Of a stretch of 64,000 bases of DNA, positions 53,520 through 63,842 are shown piece by piece; positions within the stretch are counted from its first letter, which is position 1; each line of letters opens with the position of its first letter. Made by a program: the position numbers and the translations under genes. Source of the stretch: Myxococcota bacterium (GTDB lineage Bacteria > Myxococcota_A > UBA9160 > UBA6930); NCBI GenBank assembly GCA_965223415.1, contig OZ245002.1, forward strand, positions 4,032,001 through 4,096,000, in the 5' to 3' direction. The notes beneath the pieces were generated by a model. It was not told the origin of the DNA. It was given only the letters and a program-made list of their open reading frames with translations, and did no database searches.

Positions 53520-53523
<4 letters not shown>
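52699..53523 (+). CDS. cysE: Serine O-acetyltransferase
   Basis: RDPAC, KGFHAL, DIHPAA, DHGTGVVIGET, TLGGTGK, DRHPK. Confidence 0.97.
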
Positions 53524-54497
<974 letters not shown>

Positions 54498-54511
54498 GCG
54501 CACCAGGGCGT

Positions 54512-55186
54512 CTACCTGCCGGGCGAGGCGATGTGGGGGAGGGCGCGGAAGTGCTCGGTCTCGCTGAAGACGGCGAGGGGGTCCCAGCCTTTCATGGAGG
54601 ACATCCGGACGACGTCGGTGGTCATGGCGCCGGTGGGGTCGATGATCCAGGGATCGGAGCCGTCGCCGAACCACAGACCCACCATGTGATGGAGGGCGTC
54701 GCTGCGGCGGCGCACGATGGCGAGGTAGAGCTCGTCCCGCTCGAAGCCCAGCTCGAGGAGCAGCCGGTGGGTCAGGAAGGCCAGGCCGTCGCAGTCGTCG
54801 CCGCCGGCCTCGAGCACCTCGCGCACGGTGGGCCAGATGTCGATGCCCGGGTCCGGCACGAAGTGAAGCTGTGCCTGGCCCTGGATCCATTCGGCGACGC
54901 CCTCGGCCTGCCTGCGACGCTCGCCGCGGAGGAAGGACTCGTAGGCGCCGGCCAGCTCGGGCTCCTCCGTCACCGATGCGGGCTTCGCGTCTCCGGGAGG
55001 CGGCGCATCGGCGCGGGCGCGGGCCTGCCAGTCGAGGATCGGGCGGCGCCAGGGATCGTGGGCGGCCGGCTTCTCGAACCAGCTGTAGTGCCGGACGACA
55101 CCGCCGGGAAGCACGCAGCTGCCGAGCAGGAGGCTCAGCGCCGCGAGTCCGGCGGCGAGGCCCCCCCGCCTCGTCACCTCGCTCAT
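54512..55186 (-). CDS. Transglutaminase-like cysteine peptidase (BTLCP-like) lipoprotein
   Basis: Lipobox-like LLGSC; GDDCDG, HMV, IIDPT triad. Confidence 0.7.
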   Translation of the reverse strand: MSEVTRRGGLAAGLAALSLLLGSCVLPGGVVRHYSWFEKPAAHDPWRRPILDWQARARADAPPPGDAKPASVTEEPELAGAYESFLRGERRRQAEGVAEWIQGQAQLHFVPDPGIDIWPTVREVLEAGGDDCDGLAFLTHRLLLELGFERDELYLAIVRRRSDALHHMVGLWFGDGSDPWIIDPTGAMTTDVVRMSSMKGWDPLAVFSETEHFRALPHIASPGR

Positions 55187-55231
55187 GAACTCGCATTTCG
55201 GCCGCAGCCGCGCCGGGCTTGAGCGAGGGGC

Positions 55232-56917
55232 TCATGCCTCCGCGAGACAGCGGTCGATGCGGCGGAGCACGCTCTCCCGTCCCAGGATGGCGAGGGTCTC
55301 GCCCAGGGCCGGGCTCGCCGCGGCGCCGGTGAGGGCGACGCGCAGGGGCTGGGCCACCTTGCCCATGCCGAGGCCGTGGGCTTCCGCCACCGCTGCCGCG
55401 GCAGCCTCGATGGCCTCCGGCTCGAAAGGCTCCACGGCGGCCACGGCCTCCCGGAGCTCGGGAAGCAGGGCCCGGCCCGAGGGATCCCCCTTGTCCAGGA
55501 ATTTCCCCACCGCCTTCGGGTCGAAGCCGTACCCGTCGTCCTCCACCAGCGCGAAGGCACCCGGGCCGCCGGGCGCGGTGGGCTCGGCCAGGGTCCGGCT
55601 GCGCGGCTTCATGGCGGCGGCGAAGCGCGCGCGGCCGGGCCCTTCGAGGCGGCCGAGCACGTCCGGTGCATAGCGCGCGCACCAGTCCTCCCAGTGGCCC
55701 TGGAAGCGGGCGTCGTCCATCGTGCCGAGGGTCTCCTGGCTGAACGCCAGCAGCTTGGCCCGGTCGAAGCGGGCGTTGCCCTTGCCGATCCGCTCGAGGG
55801 CGAAGTGCTCCGCCAGGAAGGCCGGGTCGAATCGCTCCAGGTCCTTGCCGTCTCCGTCCTTCCGGCCCGGGCTCCAGCCGAGGAGCGCCAGGAAGTTCAC
55901 GACCACGTCGGGCAGGTAGCCGCCGTGCCGGAAGTCCTCGACATCGATGCCCGGCAGGTCGAGCTCGAGCAGGCTCTCGACCTCGAGCAGGTCGCTGCTC
56001 CCGAGCTGCGACTTCTTGTCGGCGAGCCAGCGGTCGAGCATCGGCAGGTCGACCACGCCGGCGAGCCTCGCGCGCGTGCCGTCCGCATCGGTGGCCAGGG
56101 CTTCGCGCACGGCCATGCGCGCCACCTTGTCCTTGTCCCGCTTCGACATCTTCGAGCCGTCCGGGTTGAAGATGACGGGGAGGTGGGCGTAGACCGGTTC
56201 GCGGAAGCCCAGCGCCCGCTGGAGCGCTACGTGCCGCGGCGTGTTGCCCAGGTGCTCCTGGCCGCGCAGCACGTGGGTCACGCCCATGGCCTGGTCGTCG
56301 ACGACCACGGCCAGATGATAGGTGGGAAATCCGTCGCGCTTGCGGACGACGAAGTCGTCGAGCTGGTCCTCGGGGAAGGCGACGGGGCCCAGGATGCGAT
56401 CCTCGACCGACACCTCCTCTTCCGGCATGCGGAAGCGCACCACGTGGGGCTCGCCGCCTTCGACCCGGGCGAGGGCGGCGTCGCGGTCGAAGCCGGCCGG
56501 GCGGCGGTAGCGAAAGTTGCGCTTGGCCTCGCGGGCCTCCCGGCGCAGGGCGTCGAGCTCTTCCGGGCTCTCGAAGGCAGGGTACGCCAGGTCGCGCTCG
56601 ACCAGCGAGGCGATCGCCTCGTCGTAGCGCACCTTGCGCTCGGACTGGAAGAAGGGGCCCACGCCGCGCGGGTCGCCGCCCTGGCCGTCATGCTCCGGGC
56701 CCTCGTCCCAGTCGAGGCCGAGCCAGGCCAGGTCGTCGAGAATGCCGCGCACTGCTTCCGGCGACGAGCGGGCCTGGTCCGTGTCCTCGATGCGCAGCAG
56801 GAACCGGCCGCCGAGCCGGCGGGCCAGCGCCCAGTTGAAGAGCGCCGTGCGCGCGCCGCCCACGTGCAGGTGCCCCGTCGGCGAAGGCGCGAAGCGCGTG
56901 ACGACCGGTGCGCTCAA
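55232..56917 (-). CDS. gltX: Glutamate--tRNA ligase
   Basis: RFAPSPTGHLHVGGAR, LRIEDTD, PTYHLAVVVDD, KMSKR, PLRVALTG; TTG start overlapping the upstream stop. Confidence 0.95.
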   Translation of the reverse strand: MSAPVVTRFAPSPTGHLHVGGARTALFNWALARRLGGRFLLRIEDTDQARSSPEAVRGILDDLAWLGLDWDEGPEHDGQGGDPRGVGPFFQSERKVRYDEAIASLVERDLAYPAFESPEELDALRREAREAKRNFRYRRPAGFDRDAALARVEGGEPHVVRFRMPEEEVSVEDRILGPVAFPEDQLDDFVVRKRDGFPTYHLAVVVDDQAMGVTHVLRGQEHLGNTPRHVALQRALGFREPVYAHLPVIFNPDGSKMSKRDKDKVARMAVREALATDADGTRARLAGVVDLPMLDRWLADKKSQLGSSDLLEVESLLELDLPGIDVEDFRHGGYLPDVVVNFLALLGWSPGRKDGDGKDLERFDPAFLAEHFALERIGKGNARFDRAKLLAFSQETLGTMDDARFQGHWEDWCARYAPDVLGRLEGPGRARFAAAMKPRSRTLAEPTAPGGPGAFALVEDDGYGFDPKAVGKFLDKGDPSGRALLPELREAVAAVEPFEPEAIEAAAAAVAEAHGLGMGKVAQPLRVALTGAAASPALGETLAILGRESVLRRIDRCLAEA

Positions 56918-58296
56918 CCGGCCGTACCTTCTTTCAGCACGATGCGCACGACGCCCTTCACGTTGGCGCAGGCCGAAGGCGCGTTCTCCACGTGCTCGGG
57001 GATCAGCAGCCGGAACGGGCCCCCCTTGCCCGCCGGCAGGGGCTCGCCGTCCAGGGTGTGGAGGAGCACGCCCTGGCGCAGGGCGTCCAACGGGACCGGC
57101 TCGCTGGTGAAGCCGTCGGCGGCGCACACGACGGCATGTCCGCCGGCCGGCAGCTCGTGGGACGTCCACAGGGCTTCGATCCGAGCGCCGGCGCCGGCGC
57201 GCTTCGGGAAGAGTGTCGACACGTCGGGGATGCTGTCCGGAAGATCCGCCAGCTCCTTGCGTCCGAGGATGCGCACCCGCCCGTCCGGCAGCGCCAGCTC
57301 GATCTCGTGGGTCTTCGCCTCGAGCTCCTCGTCGGACAGCATCGCGTCGCGCAGCCAGGTGGCGGCGCGATCGAGCGGATCGCCGTCGCCCTCGTCGGCG
57401 AAGATCGCGTCGGCCCGGCTGTCCCGGCGATGCAGGCTGCGCGCCTCGTGGAGCGTGCCGCCCGCCACCTCGAGGAGCAGGAAGCCCTCGTCCGTGCGGA
57501 AAATGCCCTTGAAGCGGGCGAGGGGTGCGCCGGCCAGCCCCTGACTCATGCGCAGCACGGCGCGGGACAGCCGCTCGCGGGAGAACACGCGGTCGGGCGA
57601 CCAGCGCCAGGAGCGCGCCCGGAAGCCCTCCGTCGACGCGCCACCGTGACGGTGATCGTGGGCGTCGGCGTGGCCGGTCGCCTCCCGGGAGAGCCGGGCG
57701 CCCTCGTCCTCGGGCCACTCCATCAGCTCGGGCGGCACCTGCCCCCGGGTGGTGCAATGGACGGCGAGGGGGCCGGGCCAGAGCTCGGCGGCGAAGGCGT
57801 CGAAGCGCTCCAGGGCCGCGGCGTCGCACAGGTCCGTGCGATTGGCCACGAGCACGTCGGCGATCTCCGCCTGGTGGGCGACCAGGGCACGCTCCTCGTC
57901 GCTCGCCGCGTCGAGCCGCGCCGGGTCGACCAGCACGATCACCGGGGCCATCTCCAGGGAGGCCGCGTGGGGCGAGCGCCGGATCGTGTCCACCAGGTCC
58001 TGGGGGCGGGCCAGGCCCGTCGGCTCGATGAGCAGGCGGTCGGGGCCGCGCTCGACGATCTCGCCGAGGGCGTCGACGAAGCCCTCGGGTGCCGTGCAGC
58101 AGACGCAGCCGCCCGGGATGTTGGTGATCTCGTAGGGCCGGTCGCCGGCCAGGGTGGCCTCGTCGAGGGAGGCCTCGCCGAAGTCGTTCACCAGGACGGC
58201 GAGCTGCTCGTCCCGGCGGCGGGCGAGCTGGTCTCGGATGAACGTCGTCTTCCCGGTGCCCAGGAAGCCGCCGACGATGTGGACGGGGATGGCCAT
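56914..58296 (-). CDS. COG0523/CobW-type GTPase fused to a C-terminal molybdopterin-oxidoreductase-like domain
   Basis: GFLGTGKTT, NDFG, GGCVCC, IEPTG, RFKG; C-terminal ADGF...DGEPLP...GGPFRLLIP...VKGVVRI. Confidence 0.85.
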   Translation of the reverse strand: MAIPVHIVGGFLGTGKTTFIRDQLARRRDEQLAVLVNDFGEASLDEATLAGDRPYEITNIPGGCVCCTAPEGFVDALGEIVERGPDRLLIEPTGLARPQDLVDTIRRSPHAASLEMAPVIVLVDPARLDAASDEERALVAHQAEIADVLVANRTDLCDAAALERFDAFAAELWPGPLAVHCTTRGQVPPELMEWPEDEGARLSREATGHADAHDHRHGGASTEGFRARSWRWSPDRVFSRERLSRAVLRMSQGLAGAPLARFKGIFRTDEGFLLLEVAGGTLHEARSLHRRDSRADAIFADEGDGDPLDRAATWLRDAMLSDEELEAKTHEIELALPDGRVRILGRKELADLPDSIPDVSTLFPKRAGAGARIEALWTSHELPAGGHAVVCAADGFTSEPVPLDALRQGVLLHTLDGEPLPAGKGGPFRLLIPEHVENAPSACANVKGVVRIVLKEGTAG

Positions 58297-58356
58297 GATC
58301 TTCTCTCTCGCGGGGGCAGCCGAGGATAGCCGCTTGCTCCGGCGGGCCGGCGCGCG

Positions 58357-58956
58357 ATGCTCCGCCCGGTGAAGATCCTCTCCGCCGACATCGTGGCCAG
58401 CGCCGTCGACCCCTCCGGCTGGCCGCCGCCGGACCTGCCGGAGGTGGCCGTGATGGGGCGATCGAACGTCGGCAAGTCGAGCCTGCTCAACAAGCTGGTT
58501 GCGCGGCGGCAGCTCGCCCGGACCAGCGGGACGCCCGGGAAGACGCGCCTGCTCCACTTCTTCGAGGTCGGGCTGCCCGGCACGCGCCTGCGGCTCGTGG
58601 ACCTTCCCGGCTACGGCTACGCGAAGGTGTCCCAGCAGGAGCGTCGGCGCTGGCGCCGCATGATCGAGGCGTACCTGGGCGAACGCGAGAACCTGCGGGC
58701 GGCGCTCCTGCTCCAGGACGTGCGGCGGGATCCCGGAGAGGACGAGCTCGACCTGATCGCCTGGCTGGCGGAGCGGGAGATCCCGGTGGTCGTGGCGCTG
58801 ACGAAGCTCGACAAGCTCAAGGCGAAGGAGAAGACGAAGCGTCTACGCGCCCTGGCCGAGGCCCTGCCGGTCCAGGCGGACTGGCGGATCGAGACCTCGG
58901 CGAAGACCGGAGCGGGGGTCGAGCGGCTCTGGCAGGTGCTGCTCACGCTGCTCTGA
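58357..58956 (+). CDS. engB: Ribosome biogenesis GTPase EngB/YihA
   Basis: GRSNVGKSS, PGKT, DLPGYGY, TKLDK, TSA. Confidence 0.95.
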   Translation: MLRPVKILSADIVASAVDPSGWPPPDLPEVAVMGRSNVGKSSLLNKLVARRQLARTSGTPGKTRLLHFFEVGLPGTRLRLVDLPGYGYAKVSQQERRRWRRMIEAYLGERENLRAALLLQDVRRDPGEDELDLIAWLAEREIPVVVALTKLDKLKAKEKTKRLRALAEALPVQADWRIETSAKTGAGVERLWQVLLTLL

Positions 58957-59056
58957 ACGACAGCCCCCAGGCGCGCACCGAGTGGTTTTCGGCACATACC
59001 CAGCACACGAAACGGGTTCCTGGTGCACCTCGCCGCGCAGTAGCCCGGAGAGAAGA

Positions 59057-59136
59057 ACGCAAGAGGGGGGACGTTCCTTGCATCTTGCGCTTTCAGCGGA
59101 AAGCGCAAGATGCAAGGAACGTCCCCCCTCTTGCGT
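59057..59136. repeat. Perfect inverted repeat, 38-bp arms, 4-nt loop (REPIN/MITE-like)
   Basis: 59057-59094 is the exact reverse complement of 59099-59136; between convergent engB and cofE. Confidence 0.95.
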
Positions 59137-59143
59137 CTTGGGG

Positions 59144-59902
59144 CTAGCGGAAGAGGTCGGTGGCGGGGTCGCGGAGGAGGTGGGTGGCGACGCTGCCGTC
59201 TCCTTCGAGCGGGAGGCCGGTGGCCCAGACGGAGGGCGTGCCGGCGGCCTTCCCCATCAGCAGGCCGGCGCCGGCGGCGAGCATGTCGACGGTGGCGGGG
59301 GTGGTGACGACGAGTTCGCGGCCGCGGCGGTCGGCGCCGCCGCGGAGATCGTCGATCGGCGCGATGCCGGCGCTGCCGATCGCGACGTCGACGAGGCCTT
59401 CGCGCCAGGGGCGGCCGAAGGTGTCGGTCACGACCACGGCCAGGGGGCCGGCCCCTCTCGCGACGAGCGCTTCGCGGAGGCGCCGGGCCGAGGCGTCCGG
59501 CTCCTCGGGCAGCAGGATCACCACCTCGTCGTCGGGCGTGTTCGACTGGTCGACGCCTGCGTTCGCGCACACGAAGCCGTGGCGGGTCTCGCAGATCAGT
59601 ACCCCGTGGCCGCGGCGCACGACGCGCTTCGTCTCGCGCAGCACCACCTCGATGTGGCGCGGATCCTTCTCGTGCTCCCGGGCGATGCGCAGCGCCTCTT
59701 CGGAGGGCTCGACCTGGCGAAGGTCGACGAGCCGTCCCTCCGCCTTCGAGACGATCTTCTGGCAGACGACGAGCACGCCGCCGCGGAGCTCGACCCCGGT
59801 CTCCCGGGCGGCCTCCAGGTGCAGTGCCGCCAGATCGGCGCCCGGTTGCACCTCCGGCAGGCCCTCCAGGGCCACGAAGGACAGCCGGCGCGGCTCGCTC
59901 AC
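59144..59902 (-). CDS. cofE: Coenzyme F420-0:L-glutamate ligase
   Basis: GLPEVQPG, QKIVSKAEGR, CANAGVDQSN, DTFGRPWREG. Confidence 0.95.
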   Translation of the reverse strand: MSEPRRLSFVALEGLPEVQPGADLAALHLEAARETGVELRGGVLVVCQKIVSKAEGRLVDLRQVEPSEEALRIAREHEKDPRHIEVVLRETKRVVRRGHGVLICETRHGFVCANAGVDQSNTPDDEVVILLPEEPDASARRLREALVARGAGPLAVVVTDTFGRPWREGLVDVAIGSAGIAPIDDLRGGADRRGRELVVTTPATVDMLAAGAGLLMGKAAGTPSVWATGLPLEGDGSVATHLLRDPATDLFR

Positions 59903-60549
59903 GGGCGCCGCTCCAGGCCCAGCACGGCCAGCAGGGCGCGGGTCCGGCGGGCCGGCGCGTCGCTCTCGAGCAGGGCCTCGAGGTCGTCGGGCCGGTCCAG
60001 ATCGATCGCGAGGGAGGGCAGGGGGCAGCGGCGGAAGCGGACGCCGGCCTCCTCGGCGGCCGCCTGATGGGCGGCCGCGCTCTCCTTGCCGAAGCGCGAG
60101 GGGATCGCGTCGAAGGGCGCGCGCAGGAGCGCGGCGGTGCCCCCGTCCCGGGAAGGCGCCAGCACCGCCGAGGGCTCCCCGAGCTCCGTCCCGGCCCGGA
60201 AGAGCGCTCGCAGATCCTCCGGCGCCGCGCCGGGCACGTCTCCGAGCACGACCAGCAGCGCCTCCAGGCCGCGCTTGGCGAGGACCGCCGTCGCGCCGTC
60301 CAGGGAGGGGTTCAGCCCCGGGTCGCCGCGCACCATCGCCTCGGCGCCGCCCGCCTCCGCCGCCCGTCCCACCTCCGGATCCGGCGTCACCACGACGCGT
60401 CGGTCGATCTCGGGGACTCCTGCCAGCGCCTCGAGCACGTCGCCTAACATCGCCAGGCACAGCGCCTCGATCGCCGTGCGCGGGAGCGCGCCCAGCAGCC
60501 GCGACTTGCCCGCGTCGAGCCGCTTGATCGGGACCAGGGCGACGTTCAT
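59899..60549 (-). CDS. cofC: Phospholactate/PEP guanylyltransferase
   Basis: VPIKRLDAGKSRL, AMLGDVL, GLN, GDVP, DGGT, FG, DLDRPDDL. Confidence 0.92.
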   Translation of the reverse strand: MNVALVPIKRLDAGKSRLLGALPRTAIEALCLAMLGDVLEALAGVPEIDRRVVVTPDPEVGRAAEAGGAEAMVRGDPGLNPSLDGATAVLAKRGLEALLVVLGDVPGAAPEDLRALFRAGTELGEPSAVLAPSRDGGTAALLRAPFDAIPSRFGKESAAAHQAAAEEAGVRFRRCPLPSLAIDLDRPDDLEALLESDAPARRTRALLAVLGLERRP

Positions 60550-61484
60550 CGAAGCCGAGCGGCCAGGGCCAGGGTCGTCCCGGCGAGGGAGGCGGCCACC
60601 TCCGGCGTCCGCATCAGCGTCTCGGTCACCTCGCAGGCCATGCCCTGCGCCTCGACGTCGGCCTGCTGGGCGGCGTCGCGGTGGTCGATGACCAGGCCGC
60701 CCAGGAGCCCCGCGTAGTGTCCCGCGACGCCGCGGGCCGATACCTCCACGCCGATGCCGCGCAGGAGCCGATCTGCAGGCCCCTTCACCGGCGCGCCACC
60801 GATGATCGGCGAGATGCCGACGACCGGCGGCGCGCCTTCGCGCAGCGCGCGCCGCACACCGGGCACCGCCAGGATCGGCCCGATCGACACCACCGGGTTG
60901 CTGGGACACACCACCACGATCTCGGCCTCGCCGAGGGCCTCGAGCACGCCGGGCGCCGGCCGCGCCGCCGCCGCCGGCGCCAGGTCGACCGCGGCCACGT
61001 CGTCCGGCGCACCGTCCCGCGCCAGGTACTCCTCGAAGTGCACCCGGCTTCCGCCCGAGAGCTCCACGTAGGTCGGCGCCGGGTCCTCGCTCATCGGCAG
61101 GATGCGCACGTCCACGCCGTAGGCGCGGGTCACCTCCGCCGTGATCTCCGTTAGCCCTGCGCCCTCCCGCAGGCGCAGGCTGCGATGCAGGGCGGTGGCC
61201 AGGTCCCGGTCGCCCAGGCGGAACCAGGTCTCGTGGCCCAGCGCCTCCAAGGCGTCCACCACTGCGAAGCCGTCGCCCTCGAGGCCGTAGCCCCGCTCCG
61301 GGTCCACCCGTCCGGCCAGGGTGTAGGTGACGATGTCGAGATCCGGCGAGACATGCACGCCGTAGAACTCGCGATCGTCGCCCGTGTTCACCACGATGGT
61401 GAGCTCGGCCGGTTCGACGACCCGCACCAGGCCGCGCAGGAACCGGGCTGCCCCTACGCCACCGGCCAGGGCGACCACGCGCAT
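60546..61484 (-). CDS. cofD: 2-phospho-L-lactate transferase
   Basis: LAGGVGAARF, VNTGDD, SPDLD, WFRLGDRD, PSNPVVSIGPIL, KGPAD. Confidence 0.95.
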   Translation of the reverse strand: MRVVALAGGVGAARFLRGLVRVVEPAELTIVVNTGDDREFYGVHVSPDLDIVTYTLAGRVDPERGYGLEGDGFAVVDALEALGHETWFRLGDRDLATALHRSLRLREGAGLTEITAEVTRAYGVDVRILPMSEDPAPTYVELSGGSRVHFEEYLARDGAPDDVAAVDLAPAAAARPAPGVLEALGEAEIVVVCPSNPVVSIGPILAVPGVRRALREGAPPVVGISPIIGGAPVKGPADRLLRGIGVEVSARGVAGHYAGLLGGLVIDHRDAAQQADVEAQGMACEVTETLMRTPEVAASLAGTTLALAARLR

Positions 61485-61494
61485 GGCGCCGGGC

Positions 61495-62106
61495 CTACTC
61501 CGCGCCTTCGTCTCGCGCCCGGAGGGCGGCGCGTTGGTCGCGCAGCGAGCGAAGCTCCTTGAGCCGCTGGGGCAGACGCATCGCGATGGTCTTGAAGGCC
61601 TCGTTCTCGTCGGACGCCAGCGGGCCGCCGGAGTTCGGGTCACTGACCATCGTCTTGAGCGCGTCCTCGTCCTCGCGGATCACGTTCTCGAGCTCGGCGA
61701 TGCGCAGGTCGATGTCGAACAGCGCCACGGCCCGCTCTTCGCGCTGCTCCTCCTGCACCTCCGGATCGACGTGGGGGACGTCGCCGTCTTCGTACCAGCC
61801 CTCCGGGTCGGGAGCGACGGCGCGATCCCGGGACGCCCAGGCGTCCGAGGTGCCGCCCACGGCGGCGCCCGGCGACGTGTCCGAGAGGCCTCCCAGCCGC
61901 CCGCGGAGTGCGGCGGGAATCCGCCCGGGCTCGGTCGTGTAGTGGGCGATGCCGTTCTCGTCGATCCAACGGTAGATGCGCGGGGTCGAGGCGGCGGCCC
62001 CTTCCGGCTCGGCATCCTGGGCCGCGGCCACGAGTGGCAGCGCGAGCACGCAGAGGGCGAGCCCCAGGGTGAGCCAGCCTCGGCGTCGCGCAACGGGACG
62101 TTCCAT
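61495..62106 (-). CDS. DUF4124-like exported protein with coiled coil
   Basis: Signal peptide; IYRWIDENGIAHYT motif. Confidence 0.75.
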   Translation of the reverse strand: MERPVARRRGWLTLGLALCVLALPLVAAAQDAEPEGAAASTPRIYRWIDENGIAHYTTEPGRIPAALRGRLGGLSDTSPGAAVGGTSDAWASRDRAVAPDPEGWYEDGDVPHVDPEVQEEQREERAVALFDIDLRIAELENVIREDEDALKTMVSDPNSGGPLASDENEAFKTIAMRLPQRLKELRSLRDQRAALRARDEGAE

Positions 62107-62260
62107 GGCGCGATTCTTGGGAAGGGGTGGGGGTCCGTCAAGGCGAGGCCCCGTCGGCAGGGTCTCCGGGTTCACGGGAGGTTCAGGCCGCGGGTTCACG
62201 CCCGCCCAAGGCCGACCCGGGAAGTGGCCGGCTTGCAAGGCTTCGGCAGGTCCCCGGCGA

Positions 62261-62275
62261 TGGCACGGCCCTTGC
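62261..62275 (+). promoter_or_regulatory. Sigma54 (-24/-12) promoter
   Basis: TGGCACGGCCCTTGC matches the consensus, 13 nt before the ATG at 62289. Confidence 0.75.
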
Positions 62276-62288
62276 GATGACGCCCGCC

Positions 62289-63842
62289 ATGCACGCCGTC
62301 GCACTTCTCTGGATGCTGGCCGCTGCTCCGCCTGCCGAAGGGGCCCCGCCGCTCGCCCTGGCCGCCCACGCCCTCGATCGCCGCCGCGATGCCACCGCCG
62401 TGGCCTGGGACGCCACCCGCGGCCGGGCCCTCCTCGGCCGGGACGACGGTGTCTGGCTCGTCTCGGAGGCCGGCGAGCCTCCGCGGGCGCTGCTGCGGCG
62501 GGGCGCGGTGGTCGATCTGCTGGCGGATCCGGGCGGCGCCCTCTGGGCCGCGACCGATCGGGGCCTGTTCGCCCGCCCGGGCGGCGGGCCCTGGCAGGAG
62601 CAGGGTCTCCCTGCCGGCGCCGGCCGCACCCTCCACCGGCTGGCTCTCGGGCCCGAAGGCGCGATCGCCGCCGCCGGAGAGGGCGGCGTCTTCGTCCGTC
62701 CCTCGGCCGGCCGCTGGCAGCGTCTCGACGGTGCGCTACCCGCCCAGGGAGCGACCGCGCTGGCGTTCCGAGCCGACGGTGACGGCCTGTGGCTGGCCGC
62801 CGAGGGCGATCTCTACGCCGCGACCCTGGACGGCCTGGCGCCGCGGGACGTCCGCCGGCTGCCGCTGCCGGGCGGACGCGAGCCAGTCGCGGACCTGCAC
62901 GCGGATCGGGACGGCGTCCTGGTCCTGACCGAGCGGCGCTTGCTCCACCTCGACAGCGAGGACCGCTTCCGAGTCCTGTCCCTGCCACTCCCGCCCGGCG
63001 CGCGGGCCTCGCGCATCACCCGGGCCCTCGGGCGCTTGTGGATCGCGACCGATCGCGGCGTGCTGGAGGAGGCGCCCGACGGGTGGCGCCGGGCCCCCGG
63101 CGAGCTGGCCAGCGCGGCGGTGCAGGCCGTGGCCGGTCATTCGGGAGGTCTCCTCACCGCCGGCGAGCGCGGCGTTCATGCCCTCTCGGCGGCGCCGGAA
63201 CAGGCCGCTCCGTCCCGGTGGGCGGCCCCGGGCTCGCCGGCCGTCGGCCCCGCGAAGGCAGCGGGTGCGCCTCCGTGGGCTGAAGAGCCCGAGATCGGCG
63301 ACGTGCGCCGGGCGGCGCTTCGGCACCTGGAGCTCGGGCCCGGGCGCACGCGCAGCCTGGCGGCGCGCGCCCGGGCCCGCGGCTGGCTCCCGGACGTGGA
63401 GCTGCGCGGCGCCTACGGCGGCGGCCGGCAGCGCGACGAGGAGTGGGACCAGGCCTTCACGTCCGGCGAGGACCGCCTGTTCTACGACCGCGAGCATCGC
63501 CGCGAGCGGGGCTTCGATGTGCAAGCCGTCCTGCGCTGGGAGCTCGGCGACACGGTCTACCACCCGGAGGAGCTCGACGTGGCGAAGGAGCACCGGGAGG
63601 TGATCGAGCTGCGCGACGAGGTCCTCGACGAGCTGCACCAGCTCTACTTCGAGCGGCGGCGGGTGCTCCTCGCGCTGGTCGCCCATGCTGAGCCCCACGG
63701 TCTCGAGGCGTCGCGGCTGCGCCTTCGTGCCGCGGAGCTGGCGGCGGGCCTCGACGCCTGGACCGGCGGCTGGTGGAGCGCAGCCGCTCCGTCGGGCGCG
63801 TCCCTCTCCTCACCCCCGGAACCCCAGGAGATCCACCCATGA
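62289..63842 (+). CDS. Exported hypothetical protein: beta-propeller-like repeats + helical C-terminal domain
   Basis: Signal-like N-terminus; repeated LWAATDRGL / LWIATDRGV blades; C-terminal LYFERRR...LDAWTGGW; start uncertain. Confidence 0.7.
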   Translation: MHAVALLWMLAAAPPAEGAPPLALAAHALDRRRDATAVAWDATRGRALLGRDDGVWLVSEAGEPPRALLRRGAVVDLLADPGGALWAATDRGLFARPGGGPWQEQGLPAGAGRTLHRLALGPEGAIAAAGEGGVFVRPSAGRWQRLDGALPAQGATALAFRADGDGLWLAAEGDLYAATLDGLAPRDVRRLPLPGGREPVADLHADRDGVLVLTERRLLHLDSEDRFRVLSLPLPPGARASRITRALGRLWIATDRGVLEEAPDGWRRAPGELASAAVQAVAGHSGGLLTAGERGVHALSAAPEQAAPSRWAAPGSPAVGPAKAAGAPPWAEEPEIGDVRRAALRHLELGPGRTRSLAARARARGWLPDVELRGAYGGGRQRDEEWDQAFTSGEDRLFYDREHRRERGFDVQAVLRWELGDTVYHPEELDVAKEHREVIELRDEVLDELHQLYFERRRVLLALVAHAEPHGLEASRLRLRAAELAAGLDAWTGGWWSAAAPSGASLSSPPEPQEIHP

